From: Gaiellaceae bacterium
GTDB taxonomy: Bacteria > Actinomycetota > Thermoleophilia > Gaiellales > Gaiellaceae
Assembly: GCA_036007185.1 (NCBI GenBank)
Contig: DASYOZ010000072.1
Span: 1 to 38,608, forward strand
Length of the DNA stretch: 38,608 nt
Reading direction: 5' to 3'
The notes under the pieces are model-generated. The model made no database searches. It was given only the letters and a program-made list of their open reading frames with translations, and had not been told where the DNA came from. Made by a program: the position numbers and the translations under genes. Positions 7,903 through 16,989 of this stretch are shown piece after piece (the first letter of the stretch is position 1; each line of letters starts with the position of its first letter).

Positions 7903-8886
7903 ATGAGCGACGTACGTGACCTGATCGTGATCGGCGGGGGGCCCGCGGGTTACACCGCGGCGCTCTACGCTGCGCGCGCGAATCTGCGGCCGCTCGTGAT
8001 CGAGGGCTTCAGCTGGGGCGGCCAGCTCATGATCACGAGCGATGTCGAGAACTATCCCGGCTACCCCGACGGGGTCATGGGCCCGGAGATGATGGCGGAG
8101 TTCCGGCGCCAGGCGGAACGCTTCGGCACGGATTTCGTCACCGACAACGTGACGCGGGTCGACTTCTCCGAGCGGCCGTTCCGCGTCTGGGTCGAGGACG
8201 AGGAGTATCAGGCGCAGTCGGTGATCATCGCCACCGGTGCGAGCGCCCGCTGGCTCGGCCTCGATTCCGAGGAGCGGCTGAAAGGCCGCGGCGTGTCGGC
8301 CTGCGCCACGTGCGACGGCTCCTTCTTTCGCGAGAAGCACATCATCGTCGTCGGCGGCGGCGACTCGGCGTTCGAGGAGGCGCTCTTCCTGACGCGCTTC
8401 GGCTACAAGGTGTCGCTCGTCCACCGCCGCGACGAGTTCCGCGCCTCGCAGATCATGATCGACCGGGCGCGCGACAACGGGAAGATCGAGTTCAAGACGC
8501 CGTACGTCGTGGACGAGGTGCTGGGCGAGGAGTCGATCAGCGGGCTCCGGCTCCGCAATACCGAGACCGGCGAGACGGAGGAGGTCGAGGCGGGCGCGCT
8601 CTTCGTCGCGATCGGCCACGACCCGAACACGACGCTCTTCCTCGACCAGCTCGACCACGACCCGAACGGCTACCTCGTCACGAAGCCTGGAACGACCGAG
8701 ACGAACGTGCCCGGCATCTTCGCGGCGGGCGACGTCCAGGATCACGTCTACCGCCAGGCGGTCACCGCCGCCGGCAGCGGCTGTATGGCGGCGCTCGACG
8801 CCGAGCGGTTCCTCGCCGCCGAGGAGGGCCACACCGGCACCGCCCTGACCGCTCCGAGGCCGGAGGCCGAGCCGACAAAGGTGTAG
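7903..8886 (+). CDS. trxB: thioredoxin-disulfide reductase
   Basis: FAD motif VIGGGPAGYTAALYAAR, redox CATCDG, NADPH motif VVGGGDSAFEEA and GIFAAGDV. A Shine-Dalgarno-like GAGAGAGGA lies upstream. There is a short Ala/Pro/Glu-rich C-terminal tail. Confidence 0.95.
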   Translation: MSDVRDLIVIGGGPAGYTAALYAARANLRPLVIEGFSWGGQLMITSDVENYPGYPDGVMGPEMMAEFRRQAERFGTDFVTDNVTRVDFSERPFRVWVEDEEYQAQSVIIATGASARWLGLDSEERLKGRGVSACATCDGSFFREKHIIVVGGGDSAFEEALFLTRFGYKVSLVHRRDEFRASQIMIDRARDNGKIEFKTPYVVDEVLGEESISGLRLRNTETGETEEVEAGALFVAIGHDPNTTLFLDQLDHDPNGYLVTKPGTTETNVPGIFAAGDVQDHVYRQAVTAAGSGCMAALDAERFLAAEEGHTGTALTAPRPEAEPTKV

Positions 8887-8912
8887 GCACGTGCGCGGCG
8901 AATCGCGCCGCG

Positions 8913-9824
8913 ATGGCTGCAACCTGGATCGACCTCCTCGACCCGACCGCGGATGAAGTACGCGAGAAGGCGCCGCGCGAGCTCGAGGAGACGGCGATCG
9001 GCCAGCTCCTCGCGCCCCCGCAGCACGAGGACGAGCCGCGGCCGACGCTCATCGGCCACGGCGACTACATCTTCGGCGTCTTCCTCGTCGCGGTCGCCGC
9101 GCCCGAGGAGGACAGCGTCTACTACCAGGAGATCGACCTGGTCATCACGCACGACACGCTCCTCACCGTGCGCAAGACGCCGCCCGCGGGCCGGCCGGCC
9201 TGCGACGTCGCGGCCGTGCAGAAGACCGCGAAGCCGAAGGACTCGGCCGGGCTGCTCGCGTATCGCCTCCTCGACGAGATAGCCGAGCGCTACCTCGACC
9301 TCGTCGACGCGCTGGACGAGGAGATCGACGAGCTCGAGGACCGGGTCGAGACACAGCAGGCCGACGTCACCCGCGCCCGCATCTCCACGCTCCGGCACGA
9401 CCTACTCCACATCCGGCGCACGCTCAGCCCGATGCGCGACGCGGTGCGCCGCGTGATCGACGGGACGGTCGAGGTCGAGAACGGCCCCGAGGTCTTCCCC
9501 CACGAGGTCGAGGTCGCCTTCAACGCCGCCTACGACAAGTTCCTGCGCGCATCGGACGGGCTCGACCTCGCGCGTGACCTGCTGGCGAGTGTTCGCGACT
9601 ACCAGCAGGCGAAGATCGCGAACGACCAGAACGACGTGATGAAGCGGCTGACCGTGATCGCGGCGCTCCTGCTCCTCCCCACGTTCATCGTGGGCCTCTA
9701 CGGCCAGAACTTCCGGGACATCCCGGAGCTGCGCTGGCACTTCGGCTACGGGTTCGTGTGGGGAGTGATCATCGTCACGACCGCGCTACAGCTCTGGTGG
9801 TTCCGCCGCAAGCACTGGTTCTGA
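8913..9824 (+). CDS. corA: CorA-family divalent cation transporter (signature reads GQN rather than GMN)
   Basis: Two C-terminal TM helices with YGQNF between them and a cytoplasmic N-domain of CorA type. ATG 8913 is in frame inside the longer ORF 8310..9824. Confidence 0.85.
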   Translation: MAATWIDLLDPTADEVREKAPRELEETAIGQLLAPPQHEDEPRPTLIGHGDYIFGVFLVAVAAPEEDSVYYQEIDLVITHDTLLTVRKTPPAGRPACDVAAVQKTAKPKDSAGLLAYRLLDEIAERYLDLVDALDEEIDELEDRVETQQADVTRARISTLRHDLLHIRRTLSPMRDAVRRVIDGTVEVENGPEVFPHEVEVAFNAAYDKFLRASDGLDLARDLLASVRDYQQAKIANDQNDVMKRLTVIAALLLLPTFIVGLYGQNFRDIPELRWHFGYGFVWGVIIVTTALQLWWFRRKHWF

Positions 9825-9842
9825 CCCGGGTACCCTGACCGC

Positions 9843-10295
9843 GTGCCCAACTTCATCTGCCCGAACTGCAAGGAGCGCTCGGTCGACATCGACCGCAAGG
9901 AGGGGATGTTCGACGAGGCAGTCGCCTGCCACCACTGCGGGTTCGGCTTCCTCTTCGAGCTGATGGACGACTACTACCCGGCGCCGACGACCGGCCTGGT
10001 CACCTGCGACCAGGAAGGCCGCATCCTTGCGCTCGGGCGCGGCGTTTTCGAGCTGAGCGGCTGGAGCGAGCAGGAGGTGCTCGGCGCCGACGTGGTCGCC
10101 GCCTTCGGCCTCGCCGGCTTCGAGGAGGAGAAGAACCCGGTCAAGCTCTCGCTCGAATGGGGCGTGCGCCGCCTGAACGAGCAGCTCCAGCTGCGCACGC
10201 GCGGCGGCCAGGTGAAGCGCGTCATCGGCGACTTCTTCCCGGCGCTCGACGACGACGGCGGCCTGCTCGTCGCGCTGACCCCAGCGCTCAGCTAG
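9843..10295 (+). CDS. hypothetical protein, N-terminal Zn-ribbon (CPNC...CHHC) fused to a PAS-like domain
   Basis: GTG start at 9843. Contains CPNCKERS...CHHCGF, then LVTCDQEGRILALGRGVFELSGWSEQEVLG (PAS-like). GC3 is high. Confidence 0.5.
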   Translation: MPNFICPNCKERSVDIDRKEGMFDEAVACHHCGFGFLFELMDDYYPAPTTGLVTCDQEGRILALGRGVFELSGWSEQEVLGADVVAAFGLAGFEEEKNPVKLSLEWGVRRLNEQLQLRTRGGQVKRVIGDFFPALDDDGGLLVALTPALS

Positions 10296-10310
10296 CAGCG
10301 TCGGTCCGGC

Positions 10311-11465
10311 CTACTCGGACGGCGCGGGCGCCACGGGCGCTGTGAGATCGCGGTGGGTAGCCAACCGCGGCTGGTAGAAGCGCTGCGCGATTGCGGTCGG
10401 AACAATCGCCGAGAGCACAACGACCGCGATCAGCAGCGAGAACTGTGTTCTGTCGATGATCCCTGCCGTGAGGCCGTAGAGCGATGTGATCGTCCCGAAC
10501 GTGAGTCCCGTCGACATCAGGAGTGTCGTGAACGCCGCATGTGGTGCCGTGAACCTCCGCGCGAGCGGGTAGACGCCGAGGAGCTTCGGGCCCATCTTCG
10601 AGACGACAAGCAAGCCGAGAATCCCGAGGTTCGCCCAGAGAGCGCTCGTCGACACACTGAGCCCGCCTTTGAGGAAGAAGAACGGCGTCAGAAACGCGAA
10701 CGAGACGACGCGCAGACGGTCTTGCTCGACGCGGTGCGAGGCATAGAACTGCGACATCGCGAGCCCGAGGACGAATGCAGGCAGGACCGCCTGCGAGTTC
10801 GCGCGCGATCCCAGCCACATGAGCAGGAAGAGGCATGCGAAGACGAGCTTGATCTCGGGCTCGATCACGCGGTTGCCGTAGCGCGGGAAGAAATGCCGCG
10901 CCGCGTGCGGCAACCCGAAGATGAGCCCGATCGAGACCAGGGCGAACGGGATGATCCACACCGTCGGCTTGAGGAAGAGGACGGTGAGCCCGGTGACGGT
11001 CGCGATGTCCGTGACGAAGGTTGCGGACATGAGTCGCTTGCCCACGAGCTCCCGATTCAGTCCCGTTTCGACGAGCACCGCATAGACGACCGCGAGGCTC
11101 GTCGTCGACAGCGCGAGGCCGCCGATCTCGGCCTGGCGCCGCGACCAGTCGAGCGCGTAGTACGTCACTAGAGCCACGACGGCGAACGGGGCAAAGAACG
11201 ACACGAGCCCGATCGACACCGACGCCTTCCACTCGCGCACGAGCTGCGGCACGTCCACCTCCGCCCCGGCCTGGAACGTCAGGACGATCCCCGCGAACGC
11301 GCCGATGAAGCTCAGCCAGCTCGGGATGACGACGTGGGCGGCGTTGCCGACGATCACGCCGGCGAGCAGCTCGATCAGCGCGACGGAGAGCCCGAGCTCG
11401 ACCGAGATGGTCGAGGCGAGCAGGATCGTTCCGGCCAGGACTGCTGCCAATGCAAGGTCGCTCAC
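10311..11465 (-). CDS. cation:proton antiporter (Na+/H+ exchanger family, CPA type)
   Basis: About 11 TM segments. ELLAGVIVGN and FQAGAEVD are typical of the Sodium/hydrogen exchanger family. Confidence 0.85.
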   Translation of the reverse strand: MSDLALAAVLAGTILLASTISVELGLSVALIELLAGVIVGNAAHVVIPSWLSFIGAFAGIVLTFQAGAEVDVPQLVREWKASVSIGLVSFFAPFAVVALVTYYALDWSRRQAEIGGLALSTTSLAVVYAVLVETGLNRELVGKRLMSATFVTDIATVTGLTVLFLKPTVWIIPFALVSIGLIFGLPHAARHFFPRYGNRVIEPEIKLVFACLFLLMWLGSRANSQAVLPAFVLGLAMSQFYASHRVEQDRLRVVSFAFLTPFFFLKGGLSVSTSALWANLGILGLLVVSKMGPKLLGVYPLARRFTAPHAAFTTLLMSTGLTFGTITSLYGLTAGIIDRTQFSLLIAVVVLSAIVPTAIAQRFYQPRLATHRDLTAPVAPAPSE

Positions 11466-11581
11466 CGCGTTCTCCTTCCAGGCGTGGTCTCGTCTTCAGA
11501 GGCCATCAGCCCGGACGGGGCGGTTAGGCGGGAGCCTCATCCCGCGAACGACGGCCCCATCGTACCGGGCACAATGGGACC

Positions 11582-12124
11582 GTGGATTCGCTCAGCGGAC
11601 ACCTTCTCGTCGCATCGCCGTCGCTGCTCGACCCGAACTTCCGCCGCGCCGTCATCCTCGTGACCGAGCACACCGAGGAGGGTGCGGCGGGGCTCGTCCT
11701 CAATCGCCCGTCGCCGGTCGAGGTGGCGGGCGCGGTACCGCAACTCGAGCCGGTCGTCGACGACGGCGACCAGGTCTGGGTCGGCGGCCCCGTGCAGCCG
11801 GAGGCCGTGCTCGTGCTCGGAGAGTTCCTCGATCCGGACGACGCCGCGGTGCCGCTCTTCGGCGCGCTCGGCTTCCCCTCGCTGGACGAGCCGGAGGAGA
11901 TCATCCCGGCGACGACACGACGGCGGGTGTTCGCCGGCTACGCGGGCTGGGGAGAGGGGCAGCTCGAGTCCGAGCTCGCCGACGAGGACTGGATTCTCGA
12001 GCCCGCGCTCCCCGACGACGCCTTCACGGAAGATCCGGATGAGCTGTGGCGCGACGTGCTGCGCCGCAAGGGCGGGATCTACGAGCTCGTCGCCCGCATG
12101 CCCGAGGACCCCCGCGTCAACTGA
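11582..12124 (+). CDS. YqgE/AlgH family protein (UPF0301)
   Basis: GHLLVASPSLLDPNFRRAVILVTEHTEEGAAGLVLNRPS and GYAGWGEGQLESEL are the family signatures. GTG start. Confidence 0.85.
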   Translation: MDSLSGHLLVASPSLLDPNFRRAVILVTEHTEEGAAGLVLNRPSPVEVAGAVPQLEPVVDDGDQVWVGGPVQPEAVLVLGEFLDPDDAAVPLFGALGFPSLDEPEEIIPATTRRRVFAGYAGWGEGQLESELADEDWILEPALPDDAFTEDPDELWRDVLRRKGGIYELVARMPEDPRVN

Positions 12125-12193
12125 CCTGAGGCTTCTGGCTCGTCGCTGGCAAGTGAGCCGAGCGAACGAGAGATCGCGCCGCCAGCGGCGAGA

Positions 12194-12235
12194 GCGCATC
12201 GCGGAGGCCGGCTTCGCCGGCCGGGAGCGATGCGC
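12194..12235. terminator. Strong GC hairpin between convergent genes (candidate bidirectional terminator, no U-tract)
   Basis: A 9-bp outer stem GCGCATCGC/GCGATGCGC encloses a 6-bp inner stem GCCGGC/GCCGGC with loop TTC. Pairing was checked base by base. Confidence 0.4.
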
Positions 12236-12247
12236 GGCCCAGGAGCC

Positions 12248-13045
12248 TCAGACGCGCGCGAAGGCGAAGACGTAGGTGAGGCGCGGCAGGGGGAACCGAT
12301 CGCCGTAGCGGGCGGCGCGCGCGTACACCTCGCGCAGCCAGTTCTCGCCGTCCGCGGGAGCCGCGGTCAGGAAGCGGCTCGTCGTGGCCAGCAGACCGAC
12401 GAGCGCATCCGGGCTCGACTCGTCCACGCTGTCGACGATCGTCCGGCCCAGCTCGCGGAACCACGGCGCCCCGGGCAGCTCCTCCTGGACATACGGCTCG
12501 TGGCCCCCGTAGCCGATGAGCTCGCCGAGCTCGCGCTGCAGCGGATCGCGCTCGTCCCACCAGTTCCAGAGCAGGGCAAGGCCGCCTCCCTCAGCGACCA
12601 CGCGGTGCAGCTCTGGCACCGCTCGGGCGCGGTCGAACCAGTGGAACGCCTGCCCCGCGAAGGCGGCGCGGACGCTCGCGTCCGGAAGGGGGATCGATTC
12701 GGCCGGCCCCTCGAGCGCCTCCGCCTCCGGCACCGCGGTCCGGAGCTGCTCGAGCATCGGCGCGCCGGGCTCGACCGCCATTACGTCGAAGCCGAGCGCG
12801 ACGAGACCGCCCGCCAGCTTCCCCGTCCCGGCCCCGAGGTCGAGGACGCGGTCGCCGGGCGCGATACCGAGGATCTCAGCCGCCCAGCGGAGCGCCTCCT
12901 CGGGATAGTCCGGCCGGCGCCGTTCGTACTCCGCCGCGGCCGTATCGAAGCTGCGGGAGCGTGTTGCGCGATCAGGCACGGCTGGAGGGGCAGAGGTCGT
13001 TGACGACACAATCCTCGCAGCGCGGACGCCGCGCGTCGCAGACAC
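12248..13045 (-). CDS. class I SAM-dependent methyltransferase
   Basis: Motif I VLDLGAGTGKLAGGL, with FDTAAAEYERRRPDYP at the N-terminus. The start is uncertain. GTG candidates are at 13045, 13009 and 12979. The last overlaps the nth stop by 8 nt and is the most compact option. Confidence 0.8.
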   Translation of the reverse strand: MSATRGVRAARIVSSTTSAPPAVPDRATRSRSFDTAAAEYERRRPDYPEEALRWAAEILGIAPGDRVLDLGAGTGKLAGGLVALGFDVMAVEPGAPMLEQLRTAVPEAEALEGPAESIPLPDASVRAAFAGQAFHWFDRARAVPELHRVVAEGGGLALLWNWWDERDPLQRELGELIGYGGHEPYVQEELPGAPWFRELGRTIVDSVDESSPDALVGLLATTSRFLTAAPADGENWLREVYARAARYGDRFPLPRLTYVFAFARV

Positions 13046-13640
13046 GGCGACCGTGCCAGATCAGGAGGTGCGGGAAGCGGCCCCAATCGGCGCGCGGCAC
13101 GAGCCGGACAAGATCGCGCTCGATTTTCACAGGGTCATCCTGCCGCGTGAGCCCGAGGCGCTGCGAAAGGCGCCGGACGTGGGTGTCGACGACGATGCCC
13201 TGCGGCTCTCCGAGCTCGGCCGCGACGACGTTGGCCGTCTTCCGCGCGACGCCGGGCAGCCGGATCAGCTCGTCGAGCCGCCGCGGCACCTCGCCGTCGA
13301 ACTCCTCGAGCAGCAGCCGCATCGTCCCCCGCACCGCTTTCGCCTTCTGGCGGTAGAAGCCGGTCGCAAAGATGTCCCGCTCGAGCTCCTCCTGCGGCAC
13401 CGCGAGATAGTCCTCGGGCCTGCGGTACTTCTCGAACAGTGCCTGCGTGACCCGGTTGACGTTCACGTCGGTCGTCTGCGCCGAGAGCATCACGGAGACG
13501 AGCAGCTCGAGCGGGCTCCGGAAGTGGAGCGCGATCGCGGCGTCGGCGTGCTCGGCTGCGAGCCGCTCGATGATCGGCCCGATCCGGTTCTTCTTCGGCC
13601 CGACGCGCCGGCGGGCCTCGTTCAGGTAGCTACGAGGCAA
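12972..13640 (-). CDS. nth: endonuclease III
   Basis: HhH-GPD core (LPGVARKTANVV, VVDTHVRR) and the C-terminal 4Fe-4S cluster CDARRPRCEDCVVNDLC. There is no in-frame ATG, so TTG 13640 is taken as a tentative start. The ORF-track N-terminus (to 14093) is rejected because it overlaps addA. Confidence 0.85.
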   Translation of the reverse strand: MPRSYLNEARRRVGPKKNRIGPIIERLAAEHADAAIALHFRSPLELLVSVMLSAQTTDVNVNRVTQALFEKYRRPEDYLAVPQEELERDIFATGFYRQKAKAVRGTMRLLLEEFDGEVPRRLDELIRLPGVARKTANVVAAELGEPQGIVVDTHVRRLSQRLGLTRQDDPVKIERDLVRLVPRADWGRFPHLLIWHGRRVCDARRPRCEDCVVNDLCPSSRA

Positions 13641-16600
13641 CGGCCTCCGGCAGACGCGGACGCAGGCGCGGGCCGGCACAGACGAGGTCGAGCGCAGGAC
13701 ATGCCGCGCAGGCGAAGTCGCTCGGCGTCGGCGGGAACTCGCCGGCCTGGATCCGCGCGATCGCGGCGGAGAGCTCCGCCTCGAGCTCGACGACGTCAGC
13801 GCGGACGAAGGCGGCCTCGACGGGCACCTCCGGCCGCTCGAGGAAGTGGTAGACAACCTCGACCTCCTCGGCGCCGGCACGGAAGCAGGCGAGCGCGTAG
13901 ACGAGCCGCTGCAGTCGGTAGTCCTGCTCGACGATCTCCTCCGGCGACGCGTCGCCCAGCAGGTTCGTCTTGTAGTCGACGACGAGCGCCCGGCCGTCAG
14001 CGAGATGAAACGCGTCCAAATAACCGTGTACGAGCGCGCCGTCGTGCTCGAAGGTGAAGTGGCGCTCCTTCTGGACGCCGGTGAGGGCCGCAACGCGGCC
14101 GGCGAGATCCGACTGGCAGTACGCGGCCACGAAGCCGCGAATCCGCTCGTCCTCGAGCTCGGGCACGATCGGCTCGGCGAGGTCGAGTTGCTCGAGCAGT
14201 GCGTGGACGGCGCTGCCGACCTCGGTCCCCGTCATCTCGGCGGTTCCGTCGCCTTCGACGGGCCGCTCGCTCATCCCGAGCCCGTAACGGGCGAAGTACT
14301 TGTACGCGCACTGCTCGAAGGTCGAGAGCGCGGTGAAGGACAGCTTGCGCACGCGGAGGAGCGGCGGCTCCGGCAGCGCCACGAGCGGCGGCAGCGCAGG
14401 CCCGGCGAGCGGAGCGGCGACCTCCTCGACGGCCGCGAAGAGTGCCAGCTGCCCCGGCTCGGGCTCATCGGCCGCAACGGCCACGGCTTCTGCGAGCTCC
14501 GGCCGGTAGCGGTCGAGGCGGACGAGCAACCGCGCATCGCCGCGGACGAGCTCGATCGGCACTTCGCCGGCCCGCGCGAGGTCTTCGTCGGCGTCGAGCC
14601 GGTCGAGCACCCATGCGATCGGCGTCGGCACCTCGCGCTCCGAGCCGAGATCGACGGAGCCGGAGATGATCAGCCGTTCCTTGGCCCGCGTCATCGCCAC
14701 GTAGTAGAGGCGCAGGCGCTCGGCCCGCTCCGCCTCCTGCCGCGCCTCCTTCACCGCCTCGTAGTCGAAGGCGCCGCGCCGCCGCGCGGTCACGGGATCT
14801 GCGACGCGGAACCCGAAGCGGCCGTCGGGCAGCGCGAGGATCTCGTCGGGCGACGGCGGCACGCGGTCGCGCCCCGCGTCGGCGACGATCACGACCTTGA
14901 ACTCGAGCCCCTTCGCGGCGTGGATCGTGAGGAGGCGTACCGCGTCGGCGCCCTCCTCCTCGGCGAGCGCCTCGAGCTCGCGCGCGCCGACCGCCTCCTG
15001 CTCGGCGACAAAGCGGACGAAGCCTTCGACGTCCGGGCCGCGGAGCTCCTCGTACGAGCGCGCGAGGCGCGCGAGCTTCCGCATGTTCGCGTAGCGGCGA
15101 CGCCCGTCCCACTGCGCGAGCACGGCGAGGTCGTAGTCGTGCTCGGCGACGATCTGCTCGCACAGCCGCTCGAGCGAGATCCGCGGCATCGCCTCGACAA
15201 GCCGCTCGTAGCGCTGGCGGAAGGCGCGCATCAGCCTCTCGTCGCGGTCCCCGAGGCCTGGCGGCAGCGAGTGCTCGAGGCCGGAGAAGAGTGGCCGCCT
15301 GGACGCAACCCGGCGGAGAAGCGCGAGCGCGTCGTTCGAGACGCCGACGAACGGCGACGCGAGCACCGACAGGAGCGCCACGTCGTCGTAGCGGTTCTGC
15401 AACAGGCGGAGGTACGAGAGCAGGTCGACAACCTGCTGCTGGCCGAAGTAGCCCTTGCCGGTCGTCCGGTACGTGGGCAGCCCCGCTCGGCGCAGCTCGT
15501 CCTCGTACCACTCCGCGTCCGTGCCGGCGGCGAAGAGGAGGACGATCTCGCCCGGCGTCGCGGCCCCGCCGTCCACGAGCTCGCGGACGCGCCGTGCCAC
15601 CGCGCGCGCTTCCCCACGCCGCCAGTGGACGCCGCCGTCCTTGTAGCTCTCCTTGTCGGTGACGAGGAGCTCGACGGGATGGCCGAAGACCGGGTCCGGG
15701 AACTCGACCGCGGCCGCAAGCTCCTGGAACTCGCCGCCGAAGTGGGAGCCGAAGAGCTCGTTGACCGCCGCGAGCACCTCGGGGCGCGATCGGTAATTGA
15801 GCGTGAGCGAGAGAGGCTGCTGGGCGGCCTCGCGCCGCTCGCGGAAGACCTGCACGTCGGCGTGGCGAAAGCCGTAGATGGACTGGAACTCGTCGCCGAC
15901 GAAGAAGAGCTCCGTGTCCGGGGTGCGGAGAAGGTCGACGATCTCGGTCTGCAGCCGGTTCGTGTCCTGGAACTCGTCCACGAGGATCGAGCGGAAGCGC
16001 GCCTGCTCGCGCTCACGCAGATCCGGCTGCAACTGGAGCAGGTCGCGCGCCTCGAGCTGGAGGTCTTCGAAGTCGAGCGCCGACTCGCGCGCCTTCGCCT
16101 CCGCGTACCTCGCGGCGAACAGCGTCAGGAGCTCCTGGAGCAGGGCACGGTCGCGTGCCGCGGCTTCGTCGAGAGCGGCCTGCTCCACGGCCGCGAGCGC
16201 CTCGCAGTACCCGGCCGCACGGTCTCCGCGCACCTTGAAGCCGGTCAGGCTCATCAGCCGGTCGGGGCGACGGTCCCGTTCCAGCAGCTCGAGTAACTCT
16301 GCCGCCGTCCGCTGCTGAGGCTCCGTCGCGTCCGCGTCGGAGACGAGCGAGGTCGCGGCGGCCAGCAACTCGTCGACCCGTTCGGCCAGCTCCGGCCTCG
16401 CGGCCACCGCGAGGTCGAGCTCGCGGCCGGCGGCGCGTAGCGTCTCGTAGACGCTCGTCAGCATCCGGCGCAGCCGGTCACTCCCGTACGTGGCGAGCAG
16501 CTCGAGCCGTTGCGGATCCTCGCCGGCGCAGAACTCCGCGAGGGCCTGCCGGAATGCCTCCGAGCGGAGCACCGCCGCCTGGGCTTCGTCGAGCTCGCGG

Positions 16601-16989
16601 AAACGGGGGTCGAGCCCGGCCGCGAGCGGATAGGCCCTCAACAGCCGGGCGCAGAAGCCGTGGATCGTCGAGATCCAGGCGCCGTCCAGCTCCCGCGCGA
16701 GGTCGTGCCGGCCGCGCTCGGCGAGCGCTGCGCGGATCCGCGTGCGCAATTCCCCGGCGGCGCGGCGGGTGTACGTGATCACGAGGATCGAGTCGACGTC
16801 GAGACCGCGATCGCAGACGGCGCGGACGACCCGCTCGACGAGCACGGCCGTCTTGCCGGTACCGGCGCCGGCGGAGACGAAGACTTCTCCCCCGGCCTCG
16901 ACCGCCGCGAGCTGCTGCTCGTTGAGCTCGTACCCGCTCACGGGCGCTCGATCCGGCACATCGGCCACAGGTCGCACCAGCTCGGGCAC
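13630..16989 (-). CDS. addA: ATP-dependent helicase/nuclease subunit A (UvrD-type motor + C-terminal PD-(D/E)XK nuclease)
   Basis: Walker A SAGAGTGKT, motif II VDEFQDTN, the TIHAAKGLEF and YVAMTRAKE helicase motifs, and nuclease motif VVDYKTN. An alternative GTG start at 16941 would form a GTGA overlap with the addB stop. It contains an in-frame TTA codon at 16294-16296. Confidence 0.85.
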   Translation of the reverse strand: MPELVRPVADVPDRAPVSGYELNEQQLAAVEAGGEVFVSAGAGTGKTAVLVERVVRAVCDRGLDVDSILVITYTRRAAGELRTRIRAALAERGRHDLARELDGAWISTIHGFCARLLRAYPLAAGLDPRFRELDEAQAAVLRSEAFRQALAEFCAGEDPQRLELLATYGSDRLRRMLTSVYETLRAAGRELDLAVAARPELAERVDELLAAATSLVSDADATEPQQRTAAELLELLERDRRPDRLMSLTGFKVRGDRAAGYCEALAAVEQAALDEAAARDRALLQELLTLFAARYAEAKARESALDFEDLQLEARDLLQLQPDLREREQARFRSILVDEFQDTNRLQTEIVDLLRTPDTELFFVGDEFQSIYGFRHADVQVFRERREAAQQPLSLTLNYRSRPEVLAAVNELFGSHFGGEFQELAAAVEFPDPVFGHPVELLVTDKESYKDGGVHWRRGEARAVARRVRELVDGGAATPGEIVLLFAAGTDAEWYEDELRRAGLPTYRTTGKGYFGQQQVVDLLSYLRLLQNRYDDVALLSVLASPFVGVSNDALALLRRVASRRPLFSGLEHSLPPGLGDRDERLMRAFRQRYERLVEAMPRISLERLCEQIVAEHDYDLAVLAQWDGRRRYANMRKLARLARSYEELRGPDVEGFVRFVAEQEAVGARELEALAEEEGADAVRLLTIHAAKGLEFKVVIVADAGRDRVPPSPDEILALPDGRFGFRVADPVTARRRGAFDYEAVKEARQEAERAERLRLYYVAMTRAKERLIISGSVDLGSEREVPTPIAWVLDRLDADEDLARAGEVPIELVRGDARLLVRLDRYRPELAEAVAVAADEPEPGQLALFAAVEEVAAPLAGPALPPLVALPEPPLLRVRKLSFTALSTFEQCAYKYFARYGLGMSERPVEGDGTAEMTGTEVGSAVHALLEQLDLAEPIVPELEDERIRGFVAAYCQSDLAGRVAALTGVQKERHFTFEHDGALVHGYLDAFHLADGRALVVDYKTNLLGDASPEEIVEQDYRLQRLVYALACFRAGAEEVEVVYHFLERPEVPVEAAFVRADVVELEAELSAAIARIQAGEFPPTPSDFACAACPALDLVCAGPRLRPRLPEAVAS

